In this document: one piece after another, positions 61,323 to 64,000 of the stretch
Layout of the letters: the number at the start of each line of letters is the position of its first letter
Position numbering within the stretch: position 1 is the first letter of the stretch
Assembly (NCBI GenBank): GCA_965223295.1
Contig: CBDCWC010000003.1
Span: forward strand, 352,001-416,000
Length of the DNA stretch: 64,000 nucleotides
Source: Nitrospirales bacterium
GTDB lineage: Bacteria > Nitrospirota > Nitrospiria > Nitrospirales > UBA8639
Direction: 5' to 3'
Notes under the pieces: model-generated
Database searches by the model: none
Seen by the model: only the letters and a program-made list of their open reading frames with translations
Told to the model about the DNA's origin: nothing
Program-made: the position numbers and the translations under genes

Positions 61323-61967
61323 TTATTTACTGCCCATTGGACGGAAGGGCGTCCCCTTCATAAAGCGTCGCCCCACCAGCAATCCCCCGAGCCCAGTGGC
61401 CAACAACACAATCGTTCCGGGTTCTGGAACTACTGGTTGCCCATCTTGCCCATCTGTCACGATAATTTTTCCATTTTGCAGTGTGTCTGGGACAACTTCA
61501 AATACCTCCCCAGGTCCAGTTGTTCCAGCTAAAACGACATCATTTAATGTGAGGTCCGACATGCCCAAACCCTCTGCAGTGAATATAATACTGGCTAAGG
61601 GGAGCATGTCATCATTAGAAGGGGTAGACAAGGCCGTCAAATCAAATTCAACATCTGGCGGAATTGTATTCACCGTTGCAGTCGAGAATTCCCCAAACTG
61701 GCCAGTTAAGAACCCTCCAGAAGCCACACTGTTGGCATTCACAATAGTCGAGACAAAATCTAGATCGAATTCAAAGCCTTGAAGCGTATCTGTCAGTTCG
61801 GACACCACAACATTTGCAGTAATAGAATCTCCATTCACTATTGTCGCTGCGGGTTGGATCCCCGGTGCTCCTAGATCAAAATCAACCGATACTGAAACCG
61901 CCTCCGCCTCCAGACTTGCCCCGAAAAATACAGAAGCAACCACCAGACTCATCATCAATTTTTTCAT
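61323..61967 (-). CDS. PEP-CTERM protein with cohesin-like domain
   Basis: Signal peptide, LQGFEFDLDF...LASIIFTAEGLGMSDLTL, VPEPGTIVLLATGLGGLLVGRR. Confidence 0.8.
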   Translation of the reverse strand: MKKLMMSLVVASVFFGASLEAEAVSVSVDFDLGAPGIQPAATIVNGDSITANVVVSELTDTLQGFEFDLDFVSTIVNANSVASGGFLTGQFGEFSTATVNTIPPDVEFDLTALSTPSNDDMLPLASIIFTAEGLGMSDLTLNDVVLAGTTGPGEVFEVVPDTLQNGKIIVTDGQDGQPVVPEPGTIVLLATGLGGLLVGRRFMKGTPFRPMGSK

Positions 61968-62013
61968 AAGACCCTCCATCATCACTTGTATGACTCGTTA
62001 GGTGGACTCGTTA

Positions 62014-62193
62014 TCACACCCCCAATGATTGTTCCCCATCCAAATTTCTGAAAATAAGATTTCCCTCTTTAGATTTCACTTCAAATCGCAACTTGCATTT
62101 TTCGCATTTCATTTCTAGAACCACAAATTCTCCGCATCCTTTAAACCGGCCACATCGTGGGCATCGAATATCGTGGGTAAAGAGATTTTGCAT
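62014..62193 (-). CDS. Com-like zinc-ribbon protein
   Basis: DIRCPRCGR...LEMKCEKCK. Confidence 0.55.
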   Translation of the reverse strand: MQNLFTHDIRCPRCGRFKGCGEFVVLEMKCEKCKLRFEVKSKEGNLIFRNLDGEQSLGV

Positions 62194-62439
62194 AGTCCTT
62201 ACAGACCATACCCCTAGCACTTTCTTATAAAGCGGGACAAGGTGACTATGTTCCGTTTTCCTTCTAATAGTTGAGATATTTTAACTAACAGACCCCACTG
62301 TCCTTGATAGCTTCATGTAGGGAAAATCCTACCCTCCTAAAATTCATGAAAAATGTCGAGCCATTTCTAATGGAACGTCGTAAAAGGAGAAATTTCTCAT
62401 ACACAAACAGCTGTACTCCAAACCTCGGCGAACTTCAGT

Positions 62440-62825
62440 ATAGTCCTCATTGATACATCGGCATGGATTGTTTTTTTTCAAACCAGGGCATTCTCCAGCG
62501 AAATCTTCGGTCACCAGTCTTCTGGATGAACAAAGGGGTATATTAGTCGGAGTTGTTTTGAGCGAACTGATCCAAGGCGCCGGGTCATCTCAAGGGCGAA
62601 AGGACCTTCAAGATACGTTAATTGCCTTGCCATATTTGGAAATGACACCACATACTTGGCTGCTGACCGGTGAAATGGAAGTCAGTTGCGAAGGAAAGGG
62701 ATGACTGTGGGCATGCCTGATTTAATTGTTGCAACCTTACTCAAGAATACGATTGCCAGGTATATGGTTCGGATTCCGACTTTCGACGAATCCCTAACCT
62801 CTCGTTGTACTCCCCTTCAAAATAA
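62440..62825 (+). pseudogene. PIN-domain (VapC-like) toxin pseudogene
   Basis: VLIDTSAWI, frameshift in T run, VLSELIQG, second shift to LRRKGMTVGMPDLIVA...DSDF. Confidence 0.75.
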
Positions 62826-62881
62826 CCTATGGACCAGAGGTTTCTAGGATGAATGCCTACCAATACTAATTTATTTCTGAT

Positions 62882-62939
62882 TCCGCTGTTTGCGGGGGAA
62901 ATAGGCGTCGTGGACTTTTTTGAGACGGGTGTATTCGAC
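62882..62939 (-). repeat. Duplicated 3' end of xerD (att-like)
   Basis: 54/58 identical to 63788-63845. Confidence 0.85.
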
Positions 62940-62962
62940 AGAAATCTCTGATTGAATTGCTG

Positions 62963-63292
62963 TCATGAGACAGTGCTGCGAGGACGGCGTGCGTTGGACC
63001 GCGAGAGTCGGTTGGTTCTTGCTGGTGGAGCAGGCTCAGCTTTCTCACCTAACCACACTTTGATCAAAGACTGGTAGGGAACATCACGCCGATTGGCTTC
63101 GACTTTAATTTTCTCTAGCAACGAGAGTGGGAGGCGCAAAGAAATGGCCTGGGTGGACGGCTTCAGGTTGGGGAACCTCACATTCTTCGCCTGCGTCCAA
63201 TCAAGATATTCTGCTGAATTGTGGCTCTCCCAAAATACCCGCTCTTCAGCTTCGGTTTTAAACTTCGGAATTGTTTTGCGTTTTTTCTTCAT
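62963..63292 (-). CDS. BrnA/CopG-like antitoxin
   Basis: IPKFKTEAEERVFW...ISLRLP...DVPYQSLIK. Confidence 0.85.
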   Translation of the reverse strand: MKKKRKTIPKFKTEAEERVFWESHNSAEYLDWTQAKNVRFPNLKPSTQAISLRLPLSLLEKIKVEANRRDVPYQSLIKVWLGEKAEPAPPARTNRLSRSNARRPRSTVS

Positions 63293-63575
63293 AGATCCTC
63301 CGTTCCGTTCGGTGCATCGCACGCGCCGAGATCACTCGAATTTTTCGCCCTCCAAACCTCAATGTGAACGTGATATGCAGCAAACGGCCCTCATTGGTTT
63401 TACCAAGGATGTGAAATCGTAGCTCTGCCTCACTGTGCTTGACATCTGGGACTTGGATAACCGGCACATTAAAGAATACTTGCTCAGCCTCAACTTGTGT
63501 CACTCCATGTTTATCCTCACTCTTTCGGGCATTGGCCGCATCCCAATCGAAGCCATCAACATTCCGAAAATCCAT
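63258..63575 (-). CDS. BrnT-family toxin
   Basis: FDWDAANARK..KHGV..EAEQVF...IRVISAR. Confidence 0.88.
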   Translation of the reverse strand: MDFRNVDGFDWDAANARKSEDKHGVTQVEAEQVFFNVPVIQVPDVKHSEAELRFHILGKTNEGRLLHITFTLRFGGRKIRVISARAMHRTERRIYEEKTQNNSEV

Positions 63576-63581
63576 TATTTT

Positions 63582-63602
63582 TGTATATTACTATAATATA
63601 CA
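63582..63602. promoter_or_regulatory. Operator-like inverted repeat upstream of brnT
   Basis: TGTATATTA-CTA-TAATATACA. Confidence 0.55.
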
Positions 63603-63767
63603 TATTCAATCAAGATTGTCATAACTAACCTTTTTTAAAGACTAGGCTGGGAAACTTACCCTCTCCAAGACGAGGACATCAGCAACCCCGCGCTCTCCAT
63701 TAGATACAAGACTCAAGGACCTACAGAGTTTCGATAAACTTTCTGCAGATTCAGGAATGCCTATTTC

Positions 63768-64000
63768 CTATTTATTTTCGATTCTACTCCGCTGTTTGCG
63801 GGGGAAATAGGCGTTGTGGACTTTTTTGAGACGGGCATGTTCGACGTGGGTATAGATTTGGGTAGTGGCAATGCTGGCATGGCCTAGCATGGTTTGCACG
63901 GATCGAAGATCTGCCCCATGATCCAACAAATGCGTGGCAAACGAATGGCGTAGCATATGGGGTGAAATGGGTTTCGTGATACCGGCGCGAGCAGCACGGG
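63768..64000 (-). CDS. xerD: Tyrosine recombinase XerD/XerC, 3' end only
   Basis: [42 protein letters not shown]. Confidence 0.85.
   Translation of the reverse strand, partial: RAARAGITKPISPHMLRHSFATHLLDHGADLRSVQTMLGHASIATTQIYTHVEHARLKKVHNAYFPRKQRSRIENK

Overview
Chromosomal window from a Nitrospira-like nitrite oxidiser, inferred from periplasmic-type nxrAB, PEP-CTERM proteins and gene order. 1-22 kb is housekeeping: hpt, tilS, ribF, haem operon ccsA-hemA-hemC-cobA/hemD-hemB, rsmI, tRNA-Leu(CAA), recG, rpmB, lnt, frameshifting prfB, lysS, lolCE/D. 22-40.3 kb is an accessory region containing an IS256-split AT-rich methyltransferase, a decayed haloalkane dehalogenase, a HigBA-like TA pair and two uncharacterised operons bracketed by three copies of a direct repeat. 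Operon A encodes a 29-aa-repeat helical protein with an HExxH domain, a C25/caspase-clan protease, an ACP and a KS/KS-like pair. Operon B is a putative RiPP locus with a sigma-54-type promoter, a multi-core DPAPW-repeat precursor and two cobalamin-dependent radical SAM enzymes. 40.6-55.4 kb holds metabolic genes and nxrAB; the nxrA-nxrB spacer forms a hairpin whose loop is antisense to an nxrA ribosome-binding/start region, a candidate RNA regulator of nxr paralogues. 55.7-64 kb holds a RAYT with REP palindromes, decayed TA toxins, a cohesin-PEP-CTERM/dockerin gene pair, and a BrnTA islet bounded by a duplicated xerD 3' end. Two MITE-like families occur in intergenic regions. All calls come from reading motifs by eye; no database searches were run.
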